Shown in pieces: positions 45,479-56,172 of a DNA stretch of 64,000 nucleotides; within the stretch, counting starts at the first letter, position 1, and every line of letters starts with the position of its first letter. The DNA comes from Hyphochytrium catenoides (Eukaryota > Protista > Hyphochytriomycota). The notes under the pieces are model-generated. The model had not been told where the DNA came from, did not search any database, and saw only the letters and a program-made list of their open reading frames with translations. The position numbers and the translations under genes were made by a program. The stretch lies in assembly GCA_900088475.1 (NCBI GenBank), contig FLMG01002424.1:5912-69911 (forward strand). Direction: 5' to 3'.

Positions 45479-47332
45479 ATGGTACAGAAGATAGCAAGGG
45501 AGAATCTCTCTCTCTCTTCCCCTGACACATTTTCTGCCCTTCACATTCTCTTGGAGCCTCCTTCCCTCCCGTTGTCTCTCTCTTTCTCTGTCTGGAACGT
45601 GCTTTCTCTCTCCTTCATCCTCTGCTGCTTGTCTCTCTTGCTCGCCGTCGGCCGCCGCGCATACAGCCTGCATCTCTACCGCAAATCGCCTAACAATCCT
45701 CCGACATTCGATGGTCTCCAGCTCTTGGGCTTCGTGTACCGCGCCTGGAAAGAGAAAGGGCTCTCCCTCACTCAAATTCCAGAGATGAAAGAACTCTTCC
45801 ACCAGCAGCTTGGTCCCGTCTACGCCGCGTTTCCTCCTATCTTTCGCCTATTTGTCTCTTTCTCTGGCAGAGAAGAGCCTCTCCGTTACGAGATCTGTGA
45901 CCCTGACATCGCCAAGTCCGTCGTGGCTGACAAGAAACTCTTTCTTCAGCAAAGGATCGCGCCGCACCAGCCGCGGCGGTTCAAGCCGCTCGCAGAGGGA
46001 CTTCTTGGCCTTCCAATGGGAGATGTCTGGAGCCGCCATCGTCGTCTTCTCTCGCCTCTGTTCTCGGAGAAGTATTTACAGATCTATCATGAAGCAGTGA
46101 GCGAGAAGGCAGCCCAGCTTAGAGACTTGTGGACCCAGCTTTCCGCACTGAGAGGCGACAAACCAGGAGAGAGAAATGCGGAACAAGAGAGAAGAGGGAG
46201 TAAAGCAGAAGAGGGAGAAGTCGTGGAGATCAGCAGGGATCTCACTCTCGTGACGCTGGATGTCATTGGCAGTGCAGGCTTCGGGGTTGAGTTCAGCTCT
46301 CTCTCTGACCCTCTCTCTCCTTATGCAGAGGCAGGAAAGTGGCTCTTTCACACTGCCATCCGCCTGAGTGTCTTTCCCACTTGGCTGCACTATTTGGAAA
46401 GAAGAGGAAAGCGAAAGTGCGATGAGGCTCTGTCTCTGTATGAGAAGATGCTGGAGAGGGTCATTGAAGAAAACGCTGAAGAAAATGCTGCCCGACAAGA
46501 GCGAGAGAACTTCGTCTCTGTGTTGCTGAAGGCTCAGAAAGAGGTAGGAGAGAAAGATCCGCTGTCTGTGGAGGAAGTGAAGGCCGAGATGTTGACAATG
46601 CTCATCGCGGGACACGAAACAACCGCCAATACTCTATCATGGTGTCTGTTTCTCCTTGCCAAGCACCCTGAGAAGCAACAGAAGCTGAGAGAGGAGATTC
46701 TTTCCGTACTTCCAGACAACAAGGATGAGGGAGAAGGGGAAGGAGAAACAGGAGAGAAAAAGGATGATGGCCCACCACTCCTTTCTTTCTCTCACCTCTC
46801 CCAACTTCCCTACGCCCGCGCCTGCTTCTATGAGGCGCTTCGAGTCTATCCCACGGTCCCAGGACTCAATAGAGTGGTGGCAGAAGACTGTGAAGTGCGA
46901 GGTGTCGCCTTCAAAAAGCATTCTTTCGCCCTCGTGAACTACAACGTGTTGGCCAAGGATCCCGCAGTGTGGGACAATCCGTTAGAGTTCCTACCCGAGC
47001 GCTTCTTGAGAGACGAGGAGGATGAAGAAGGAGGAGCGAAGGCGCTAGGAGAAGGAGGAGAGCAGAGAAGAAAAGTAAAGGTTCTCTCCCCTGAAACGGC
47101 TTCAAAGGTTCCCTATGCTTTCCTTCCCTTTGGCGCGGGCCCTCGCTCCTGCATCGGTAAGCGGTTCGCGGTGAATGAAGGCCTGATGCTGCTCTGTACA
47201 GTCCTTAGAGATCTTGAATTCTCCCTTGTCGAGGGAGAGAAGGATCCTGAGCCGCACTTCTCCGTTACTGTCTCTCCTAAAGGTGGCATCAGGCTGAGAG
47301 TTAAAGAGAGGAGGAGGCAACCGGCAGTGTGA
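45479..47332 (+). CDS. Cytochrome P450 (copy 3; intronless, 617 aa)
   Basis: Single ORF with WSRHRRLLSPLF, AGHETTA, EALR, PERF and PFGAGPRSCIG; clearly paralogous to copies 1 and 2. Confidence 0.95.
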   Translation: MVQKIARENLSLSSPDTFSALHILLEPPSLPLSLSFSVWNVLSLSFILCCLSLLLAVGRRAYSLHLYRKSPNNPPTFDGLQLLGFVYRAWKEKGLSLTQIPEMKELFHQQLGPVYAAFPPIFRLFVSFSGREEPLRYEICDPDIAKSVVADKKLFLQQRIAPHQPRRFKPLAEGLLGLPMGDVWSRHRRLLSPLFSEKYLQIYHEAVSEKAAQLRDLWTQLSALRGDKPGERNAEQERRGSKAEEGEVVEISRDLTLVTLDVIGSAGFGVEFSSLSDPLSPYAEAGKWLFHTAIRLSVFPTWLHYLERRGKRKCDEALSLYEKMLERVIEENAEENAARQERENFVSVLLKAQKEVGEKDPLSVEEVKAEMLTMLIAGHETTANTLSWCLFLLAKHPEKQQKLREEILSVLPDNKDEGEGEGETGEKKDDGPPLLSFSHLSQLPYARACFYEALRVYPTVPGLNRVVAEDCEVRGVAFKKHSFALVNYNVLAKDPAVWDNPLEFLPERFLRDEEDEEGGAKALGEGGEQRRKVKVLSPETASKVPYAFLPFGAGPRSCIGKRFAVNEGLMLLCTVLRDLEFSLVEGEKDPEPHFSVTVSPKGGIRLRVKERRRQPAV

Positions 47333-50004
47333 CTGAAATTGGTAACAAGGATGATGGAAGGTGCAGGAGTAGAACAAAGAAAGAGGGACAGAGAGAGACC
47401 CCGAACTATATATACTGCGGCGTGCTGGCGAAGGTAGGGAAGAAGAGAGATTAAGACAGCCATTTAGGATGATGAACGGCTCTCCATTGGGTTAAGAGAA
47501 GTAAGGGACAGGTGCTGCGAAGGTCTAGCCTTCTGTACAGCAACAAGGAAGTAAAGTTCGATTGCGTAATACTATAGAAGCTGCTCAAAAAGGCCTACTA
47601 GCCCAGCTGCTGCACAACAAAAAGAGGGGATGCAGATGGCAGCAGCGTTGGTCACTCGCTGTAAATCGAATTAGTAGAGAACCAGGAGAGAAGAAGAGGG
47701 GCGGATCTGGGATGGGATGAAGGGAGAAGAAGAAAAGAGGAGAGCCAGAGGGGCAGTAGCAACAAAAGCCAATACTCCTGTTTGATGCTGGGCAGGAGCT
47801 TCGAGCATGGCCAGTCGGTTATATTCGTCGCCTCTGCGGGTGACTAACAGGGAACGATGAGAAGCAGTTCTACTCTTTAGGGGATAGGCAGCGCGTGGCG
47901 GACAGTACTGTTCCAGCCCTCCTCAACACCAACTTCTCTCTTATTCTACTACTTTCTGACACGTGTGACATAAAGGCGGCCTGTCTCTCTTCCCGGCACC
48001 TGCACAAGATGTCTGCTAAGAGATGAACTGCAGCCTCCAGGCATCAGCCACTGAACTCGGCCCTGCCGCTTCTGTTCTTTAGTCATTCACAAAAGAGCGC
48101 GCCGGTACAACTACTCTTTGTGATGATTCCGTGGTGGAGAGTATCCCGTCAGTGTAGCTCTCCTTCAAATCTGTCCACGAGCGGAATCCTACAGACAGCG
48201 CGCGCCTGTTTGCTGCAGGGTTCATAGCGCAAAGCACCAACCTTCGACCTAGACATAACGGCTGCCCCCTTCGCCCCGACGACGAATATTCCTATAGCAC
48301 ACTTCTCTATGTTCCTCTTCTTCTATCACTGAGCCTTTCATGACCACGGGAGACAGTTACCTCTAGTTCCAAAGAGGGCATAGCAGCGACCCCGGCCACC
48401 ACCACCTACTATTTTTGTCTATGCCTTATTCTGTTACCTACTCCTTTTTCTTTTCCAGCGGCCTCCGAGAGCATGTCGTCGTCTTTGCTTCAATAGAGGA
48501 CAACAGTTTAACGCGCTGCCAATAAGCAGGAATAGCAGCGGCGGCGTTCCTATTTGTTTGCTTATATTAACAGCCGACTACTAGTGAGCGGCCGCGCAAC
48601 TAGGCTCCGCTTTTTCCCATGATAAATGATGAGGCAGCAAGGAGCAGAATGAGGAGCTGCGCCTCGCTGACTCCTCCGCCCCTCATCAATAAAGAATCTT
48701 CTTCGTTCAAGGTTAGCGCACATGTCCATAGAAAGAAGGAACAAGGAGTTTCTACGAGCTATTTAGCAGCGACGAGGGAGGGAGGATTCCAAGACGAAGC
48801 ACTGGGGAGAAGAAAGAGGACGAAGCAGAGAAAGAAGGAAAGAAAAGCCGCCAAGATGACAAAGATCTTCTTCACCTTCAGAGCTGAACCACGGTCACTT
48901 AGAATTTCTATGTCACACTCACCATTAGGGTAGGTGGTCCCTACAGGCAGTTGGTTCCCCGGAGGTCCAAAAGTGCAGGCGTTACAAGCGCATATTCCAT
49001 CATCATCAAGTGCACTTCCTGTTCTCCTCTCTTCTTCTGCCTGTCTCCTCTCTCTCTCTGCCTCTGTCCTCGCACTCGAGCCTGGTGCATAAGCGGGCGC
49101 CTGTGCATGAAGATCTTTGTCCGGGATGATCGACGTGGTGGCTCTTTCTCTCCGCTCGTCCTCTCCCTACAGCCCTGAGAAAGAGCTAGCGCGAGAATGA
49201 TAGCCGCACCACCGCGATCCTACGCAAGATCCTACTTCGTGTTCCTCCTGCCCAGGATCCTTGCAGCTGTGGCTTGAAAGAAGGCGGTGACTCTTCTTCT
49301 TCCTGTTCGCTATGCAACAATTGATCAGGATAGATCTCTAGGGTGGTGAAGTGGAGCGGCGAGGAAGTGAGGAGAAGAGCGTTTGTTGACCAACAAAACA
49401 GCATGGATGATGCACCACTGAAATTCAAAGGTTCTGATGATACCCTTACATACGTGGTGGTGCAACCTCGAAGAAGGCTATGAGAGAGCATAAGAAAGGT
49501 TCGTTCCGCCGCCCTTGCAGCTCAAGATAAACCCAGGATGACTCAGAGTGAGGATAGAAAGGTGAAGAGTGAGGATAGAAAGGTGGAAAGCGAAGAACCA
49601 AGGAAGAAAGAGACTCGCTCACTTCTACGAGTATGAGAAAAGAAGGGGACCAAGCCTCCTCACTCCTCTGGCTTTTCACTCTGCGACGGCAGCTGCTGTT
49701 CGTTTGGACAACCGAGCGAACTAACCACGTAAGCCTCATTTAGTTCCTACTGTTCTCTCTGCAGGCAGGTCCTGCTTCTTTGCCAGTCTTCTTCACAAGC
49801 AGCCGTAGAAAGAAGATGACAGCCGTTTCGCGCACTGTCCCTTTCGCTCCCTCTTCTGCCAGCCACAGCGGTATACTTATGGGCTCTTTCAAGCCAGCCT
49901 CATAACTTAAAATTCCCCTCCGGATCAAAGTGCACTACTATCGTCGCCATCGGAAAAGACAAGAGAACTATATTTTGAGACATTAGCAGAAGAAGAGAAG
50001 CATC

Positions 50005-51261
50005 ATGTCTGTCGCCAACTATCTCGCAAACAAACTCGAAGACACACTGGGAAACAAACCTGTCAGCACCGGCAGCAGCCAGCCACGATGGTCAGAAACA
50101 GAGACCATGCACGCCCTCGTGTGGAAGGGCAAGGAGAAGGTTGACTACTGCACCGTTCCCAAGCCTCTCGTTTCTGCTCCGCAAGATGCCCTCATTCGCG
50201 TCACTGCTACCACCATCTGTGGCAGTGATCTCCACCTTTACACAGCTGAAGCGCCCAACATGAGGGAAGGTGACATCCTGGGCCACGAAACGCTAGGAAT
50301 CGTTGAGGACGTGGGCCCAGAAGTCAAGACTCTTCGCAAGGGTCAGCGTGTGGTGGTGGCATTTGGCATTACTTGCGGGCAGTGCGACTATTGCAAGCGG
50401 GGAGAGTTCACATGCTGCGACACCACGAACCCTAGCAAAGTAATGGAGACCCTTTATGGCCATCGTATCACCGGTGTCTTTGGCTATGGACATGTGACTG
50501 GCGGCTACCCGGGCGGCCAGGCGGAGTATCTGCGGGTGCCTTTTGCTGACAACAATTGTCTGCCTCTTCCTGATGAGATCCCTGATGAGAAGGCGCTGTT
50601 CATTTCTGACATTGCTTGTACGTCTCTCCATGCCTGCCAGCTGGGAGAAGTGAGGGAGGGCTGCAGTGTCGCTATCTGGGGCCTTGGGCCAGTGGGGCTC
50701 CTCGCTCTTGAGTGGGCCAAGGTGCTCGGTGCTAAGAAGATTATTGGTATTGACGTGGTTCCTGAGCGTCTGCAATTAGCCAAGGAGAAGCTGGATGTTG
50801 AGGTCATCAACGCGAAGGAGGTCTCAGATGTCGTAAAGACCATCTTCGAGCTTTGCCCAGGTGGCGTAGATGTGGCTATTGACTGCGCCGGTTTCCGTTA
50901 CGCGACCACCTGGCTGCACACCATTCAGCGTGCACTGATGCTGGAGACAGACTCTCCTGATATCCTTTCTCAGTGCATCTATGCAGTAAGGAAGAGCGGC
51001 AACGTGTCCATCATTGGTGACTACTTTGGCTTTGCCAACCAGTTCCCTATCGGTGCCATGATGGAGAAGCATCTGACTGTTCGCGGTGGCCAGTGCTTCG
51101 TCCAGGGAATGTGGAAGTATGTGCTGGAGATGATACTCAAGAACAAGTTTGACCCTACGATCGCGGTCAACTACCATGGACGGCTCTCTGAGGGTCCAGA
51201 GCTGTACAAGAAGTTCCATCTGAAGGAAGAAGGCATTGTCAAGGTCTTCCTGCGCCCTTAA
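50005..51261 (+). CDS. Zinc-dependent medium-chain alcohol/formaldehyde dehydrogenase (MDR, FDH-like/YbdR-like), intronless
   Basis: 418-aa ORF: catalytic Zn CGSDLHLY, GHE and SDIACT; structural Zn CGQCDYCKRGEFTCC; NAD-binding GLGPVG..IDVVPER; GGYPGGQAEYLRVPFAD. Confidence 0.93.
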   Translation: MSVANYLANKLEDTLGNKPVSTGSSQPRWSETETMHALVWKGKEKVDYCTVPKPLVSAPQDALIRVTATTICGSDLHLYTAEAPNMREGDILGHETLGIVEDVGPEVKTLRKGQRVVVAFGITCGQCDYCKRGEFTCCDTTNPSKVMETLYGHRITGVFGYGHVTGGYPGGQAEYLRVPFADNNCLPLPDEIPDEKALFISDIACTSLHACQLGEVREGCSVAIWGLGPVGLLALEWAKVLGAKKIIGIDVVPERLQLAKEKLDVEVINAKEVSDVVKTIFELCPGGVDVAIDCAGFRYATTWLHTIQRALMLETDSPDILSQCIYAVRKSGNVSIIGDYFGFANQFPIGAMMEKHLTVRGGQCFVQGMWKYVLEMILKNKFDPTIAVNYHGRLSEGPELYKKFHLKEEGIVKVFLRP

Positions 51262-51394
51262 AGACGACTAATCGAAGCATGGTACTGGCTTTAATTTTGC
51301 TGCTGACCAGTGCGGCGTAGGGTGGGGTATGGAAGCAGAGTCGGCCAATTTTGCTATAGAATACTGATAAATGAATAAGAAGTGATTGCGTTGT

Positions 51395-52510
51395 AAGATC
51401 AGGCACTGCCTTAAGATATATGGAGGAGGACGAAACGCTCCTAAGCAGGTCCTTGTCATCGAGCACTACTACCTGGTGGGCGAGCTTGCATACTTTTGTC
51501 TCTGGTCTTCTACGATCCCAAAGGCAGCTTCTGGGAGTTATTCTTATGCTGACAGCAGATGCTATGCCCCCATGCACTGGCATAGCCTTTGTCCAAGCCG
51601 TAATGCTCTAGGTTCCGCACAAGAAGTACGGGTGGTATGTTGTCACCTACGGCTTCCCTGCACTATTTGTTGCTTGTCATCCGTCACGGAGAGGGCCCTG
51701 GCGCTACTCTGTGCAAACTACTGCCGCTGTGGTTGTAGGGAAAGAAGTATGTCACTGCGGACATTATAAGATGAACCTCATCTATGGCCAACTGCAAGTG
51801 CTTGGAAGTGCGGTGGTGGGCAAGGACATGCTGAAGAGCTTGATCTTTCTACCCTGGCGTCGTGTCTGGGCTACGGCTTGGCTCTACATGTAAGTGCCAT
51901 ATTCAAGGCATTGGGTCGAGCACAATGTCCTTTCAAAGGTTTTCATATTTGGGCGCAGCACCAAAGCCTGGCACGGCCAGATTATGTCAGCGGCTCTCCG
52001 GATCCACCGACAACTATTTATCGAAAGACTGATATTGTGACTTCTGGAACTACATGGTAACAACAGCTGGCGATCCGCTCCGCTCCTCCTGGTCGACAGC
52101 ACCGCGCGATCTATCCGACCGCTCCACGGCTGCGGACCCTGAATAGTTTTGGAAGAGATTGGTTGCTAGCATGACAACAGCGACTTATTGTGCTGTGGGC
52201 GCCCTAGCGGGCACCCTCGTCTTCCGCGACATCTACTTCGCTAAGATTTGGCCAGGATCATACAATCAGCCCTTTCTATCGTACTGGCGGATGCTACAGA
52301 TAACAAACTTGACTATCTGTGGTCTGTGCTGGCAATACTGTCTTGTCGCTGTTTGTCACCCCTGTTCATGCGGTGGGGATAGAAACGGGAGTTGCTGCTC
52401 AAGGTAGCGTCAATTGTCTAGATGCTCAATCAATGGACAGTACTTTTAATCGTGGCTGTTATTGAACGTCCTTAACGCTGGTGGACCGGACAGAAATGCG
52501 CAGTTTAGGG
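51395..52510 (+). pseudogene. Pseudogenised paralog of the membrane protein at 54547-56172
   Basis: Collinear fragments across frames, e.g. QVLVIEHYYLVGE, ILMLTADAMPPCTGIAFVQ, KYGWYVVTYGFP, SSVTERALALLCAN, YKMNLIYGQLQVLGSAVVGKDML and LVFRDIYFAKIWPG. Multiple frameshifts and stops; 5' end missing. Confidence 0.9.
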
Positions 52511-52838
52511 TGTGCCAGTTCATCTCTAAACTTACTGCCCTTCGGAGCACTAACATCTCACCGGCGGCAGACGTCTTGGGAGAGGAGCCAGTGGAAGGTC
52601 TCTAGTTATGAAAACATAATAACATATTTGCGGCACCGTCATCGGTCCACCGGCGCTGCTTACATATACCTTCGTGAAGTGTTACCTCTGCTTGTTGATA
52701 ACAGGCCAAAAAGAACTCCTCTGTCGGGGAGTGTCGACTCGCCTCTGGCATCCCTAAAAAAGCCGTCTAATTGGAGGCGCGACGGCACTGCGTTCAGTTT
52801 TCGTTCCTCTTTTATTGCTGATGCCATTACCTCTGGCT

Positions 52839-52974
52839 TCGTGACTGGTTGCATTTTATGACGTGCGTCGTATTATCGCTCTCCGTCAGCATTGCACCAG
52901 CAGCTATCGTGACTGGTTGCATTTTATGACGTGCGTCGTATTATCGCTCTCCGTCAGCATTGCACCAGCAGCTA
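52839..52974 (+). repeat. Perfect 68-bp tandem duplication
   Basis: tcgtgactggttgc...ccagcagcta occurs at 52839-52906 and again at 52907-52974. Confidence 0.95.
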
Positions 52975-53094
52975 CATTTATGCTAAAAGAAAGCAGAACC
53001 TTGTGTACAACGTCATGTTCCGCGCTTTGTCTCCCTATCCGTTGTTACTATCCATGTTGCCCACCTCAAGTCCAACAGTCCGCCCGTTCTCTCC

Positions 53095-53097
<3 letters not shown>

Positions 53098-53135
<38 letters not shown>

Positions 53136-53146
53136 TCTCTCTCTGG

Positions 53147-53177
<31 letters not shown>

Positions 53178-53213
53178 ACTCTCTCTCTCTCTCTCCTCTT
53201 TCTCTCTCTCTCT
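53098..53213 (+). repeat. (CT)n/(CTGT)n microsatellite
   Basis: Direct reading of the sequence. Confidence 0.9.
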
Positions 53214-54546
53214 CCCCGAACCTCTCATGCTCCCTTGCTCCCTTGGCTCTTGAGCGTATACAGTTTATCATCTTTCTATTGTCGGGTGCTGTATGATGGA
53301 TGTGGACCCTCAGTTGAGGGTACATTGAGGTGAATCCGTCTCTTTGGTCACTATTTGCCCTGCCCATACAGGAGACAGTGGTTGCGGAGAAACCGGATCA
53401 TCAGCCATCTGGTAGGCCAGGCCCTTCATGCGTGTTCGCATTCTATCTTCCGACCATCTTCTCCATTCTCTCTTGGTGCACTGCGTTATTGCAAAAGCCG
53501 TCTTTCTTCCATAGTCCCAGCCGAGGTCCAGAAGGGCGGAGCTCTGTTGGCCACCACCATCGAAGGATGGGCTACAAGCTTCTACACGGGGAATTCAGCT
53601 CTTCCGTACTTGCCTCCGACAGCTGTTTTGAGTGTGTCTTTCTTTCTTCACAATACGCGCAACACGGAGCTTCTCCAGCGGCCAACAACAAGAAGAACGA
53701 GGAGAGATTGATCTTTGTAACGCCCGGGCCCCACACGACCCCCTGTAGCCGGTCATTGTACTGTTTGCAGGTCCTCCTGGTCCTCCTGCTGATCGCTGCA
53801 GCAGCAGTGCTCCATGATGCCCGCCCTTCGATCGCCTTGCTCTCTGGCTTGGGCTGAGGTTGCTTTGCTGTCTTTATATATTTCCAGCCCGTATCAGCGG
53901 GCCAGCGCTAACTTGCCCCCATCTTCAGAAGGACTGACCTCCACCAGGTGACTCTCCTCTCCATCATCCCAATTGCTGATCGCTCGACAACTAAGGAATT
54001 CTCAACCTACCAGCTCCTGTTGGTCTTCTATAGCACCTCCTTATCATCATCATAGTAAGGGTGCTGCGGCAGGCAATTAAATGTGATGCTGCTCTCCTCC
54101 TGCCGTATGCAGCGTCAACCAAAAGCAAGGAGAAGCGGGAAAAGAGAGACTCTGGAGGAGGAGAATGATAGGGCAACGTAGATTCCCTCGTTGTGGCTAA
54201 GCTCTTCTTCTGCTTGAGGTGGTGACGCCAGCCGCCCTCGCGATACTTCATACACGACAGGCCTTTCAACAACTGTTATGTCAGAAGAAGAGAAAGGCAA
54301 TAAGCATCACAGCAGAAGAGAAAAGACAATAAGCATCACAGCAGAAACCCCATCGAAAACGCATGACGGACAAACCACCAGTCTCGCGCGCTGTAAACGT
54401 TCCCAGTACCTGAAGAGTGCAAACAAACCATATGCGCATAGCAAGCCAGCACAGCTGGGAGTGGCCCTCGTGCTATGGTAAATAGAGAAGGCTGTACAAC
54501 GAAACGTTAAGGGTTGCCTAGCAGTAGTAGCCTGGCAACAAGTAGA

Positions 54547-56172
54547 ATGAGAAAAAGTGTCGGTCTCTGGGGTATAAGACTGAGCCCCCCTCCAAACACA
54601 CCTGATGATCGGCGAACTCCTCCTATTGCCAGAGCCAATAGTGAGGAGGACCTGGCAACAACTACTCGTCCAGCAAGAAGATGGGAAGACGTCCTGTTGT
54701 TCTGGAGAGACTCCTTTCTTTTGGTCTTTCTCTCCTTTCTTATAGCATCCTTCTCTTGTGCCGTCTTCACGGCCTTCGTCTTCGCGTTGCCATCGCCACC
54801 AACTGTGCAGTACTGCGAGAACATGTGTGGTCATCATCACTCGGCGGTCGGCTGGTGTCACTTGCACTTCTGCCACTTGGGAAATTACGTATTTATCCAG
54901 CTATTTATTATACCGGAGTGCTACTTTGGGGCTATCTTTATCTATAGAGAGACGGTGCCGGAGCGGTATCGGAGGAGGAAAAAGGTTCTTTTTCTGGGCG
55001 CCGTTGTCTTTATCGCCCTCGGAATGATGTGCGACGCCTTACAGGTGTTTGTCATTGAGTACTACTTTCTCGCAGGAGAGATTGTCTATTCTCTCTTCTG
55101 TCTGTTCGTCTTCTACGACTCTGAAGGCAGCTTTTGGGACTTTGTTCTTATGCTGACGGCAGATGCAGTACCACCGTGCACAGGCATAGCATTTGTCCAG
55201 ATTGTGATGATTTATCTGCCCCATTGGAAGTACGGCTGGTACCTTGTCACCTACGGCTTTCCTGCTCTATTCTTTGCGATGTCCTCTATAACAGAAAGAG
55301 CTTTAGCTCTCTTGTGCACCAACTGCCGTTGGCTAGGCCGTGATTTGTATGTGACGGGGGCACTCTATAAAATGAACTTGATCTATGGGCAGCTGCAGTT
55401 GCTTGGCACTGCAGTGGTCGGCAAGGATATCCTCTCCAGCTTAATCGTCTCTACTGCAGCTTCAGCCGCTGGCTATGTGGCTACGTTGGCTTGGAGAGTG
55501 CCAAGGCTGCGACGTAAGCTCAAAGCAGCCATATGTCCAAGGGCATCAGCGACACGCCCTAGAAGAGTGGTTTTACCCGCAAAACTACTTGGCTCCGCTC
55601 CATCCACACGGGCAACGCTTCCGAACGAACCTTCTACGAGGAAGGCTGTACAACAACAAACTGTGACCCAGCATTTGACTGAGCCGCACCCTCACAGCTG
55701 CAGGCAAAGGAAGAAGGAAAATTCCGACCTTGTTGGAAGGCCCGTTGCTGCGGAACCGGAAGAGTTCTGGAAAAGAATGGCTATTAGTATGGTTGTCGCC
55801 ACTCAATGCTCCTTGGGGGTTCTGGTGAGCATCCTTGCGTTTCGGGGTATCTACTTCGCTAAAATTCTGCCCGGGCCATGCTATCAGTCACACCTGACCT
55901 ACTGGCAGTCCCTAAGCGTCCTGAAGGAAGAGTACCTCTGGTACATATTGGCAGTGATGATGGTGCTATCGGGCTTTGTATGCTCTTTGGAGCTCAGCAG
56001 CTACCGCGTGCTGGGATTGTGGAGAGAGGAGCGTGTGGTCTTGCTGAGGGTGGCCATCTGGGTCCAGTTGCTCAATGGCCCTTATTTCTACTCTTGGTTG
56101 CTCTTGAATGTCATTAACGGTGGTGCTGAAGATGAATGCCAGTTTGTTGAGGCACAACAACAGGGCACATAA
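54547..56172 (+). CDS. Uncharacterised intronless multi-pass membrane protein (~541 aa)
   Basis: Long ORF (first ATG at about 54547, MRKSVGLW) with roughly 9-10 hydrophobic segments and a Cys/His-rich loop. Its amino-acid-conserving paralog upstream supports real coding history. Confidence 0.8.
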   Translation: MRKSVGLWGIRLSPPPNTPDDRRTPPIARANSEEDLATTTRPARRWEDVLLFWRDSFLLVFLSFLIASFSCAVFTAFVFALPSPPTVQYCENMCGHHHSAVGWCHLHFCHLGNYVFIQLFIIPECYFGAIFIYRETVPERYRRRKKVLFLGAVVFIALGMMCDALQVFVIEYYFLAGEIVYSLFCLFVFYDSEGSFWDFVLMLTADAVPPCTGIAFVQIVMIYLPHWKYGWYLVTYGFPALFFAMSSITERALALLCTNCRWLGRDLYVTGALYKMNLIYGQLQLLGTAVVGKDILSSLIVSTAASAAGYVATLAWRVPRLRRKLKAAICPRASATRPRRVVLPAKLLGSAPSTRATLPNEPSTRKAVQQQTVTQHLTEPHPHSCRQRKKENSDLVGRPVAAEPEEFWKRMAISMVVATQCSLGVLVSILAFRGIYFAKILPGPCYQSHLTYWQSLSVLKEEYLWYILAVMMVLSGFVCSLELSSYRVLGLWREERVVLLRVAIWVQLLNGPYFYSWLLLNVINGGAEDECQFVEAQQQGT

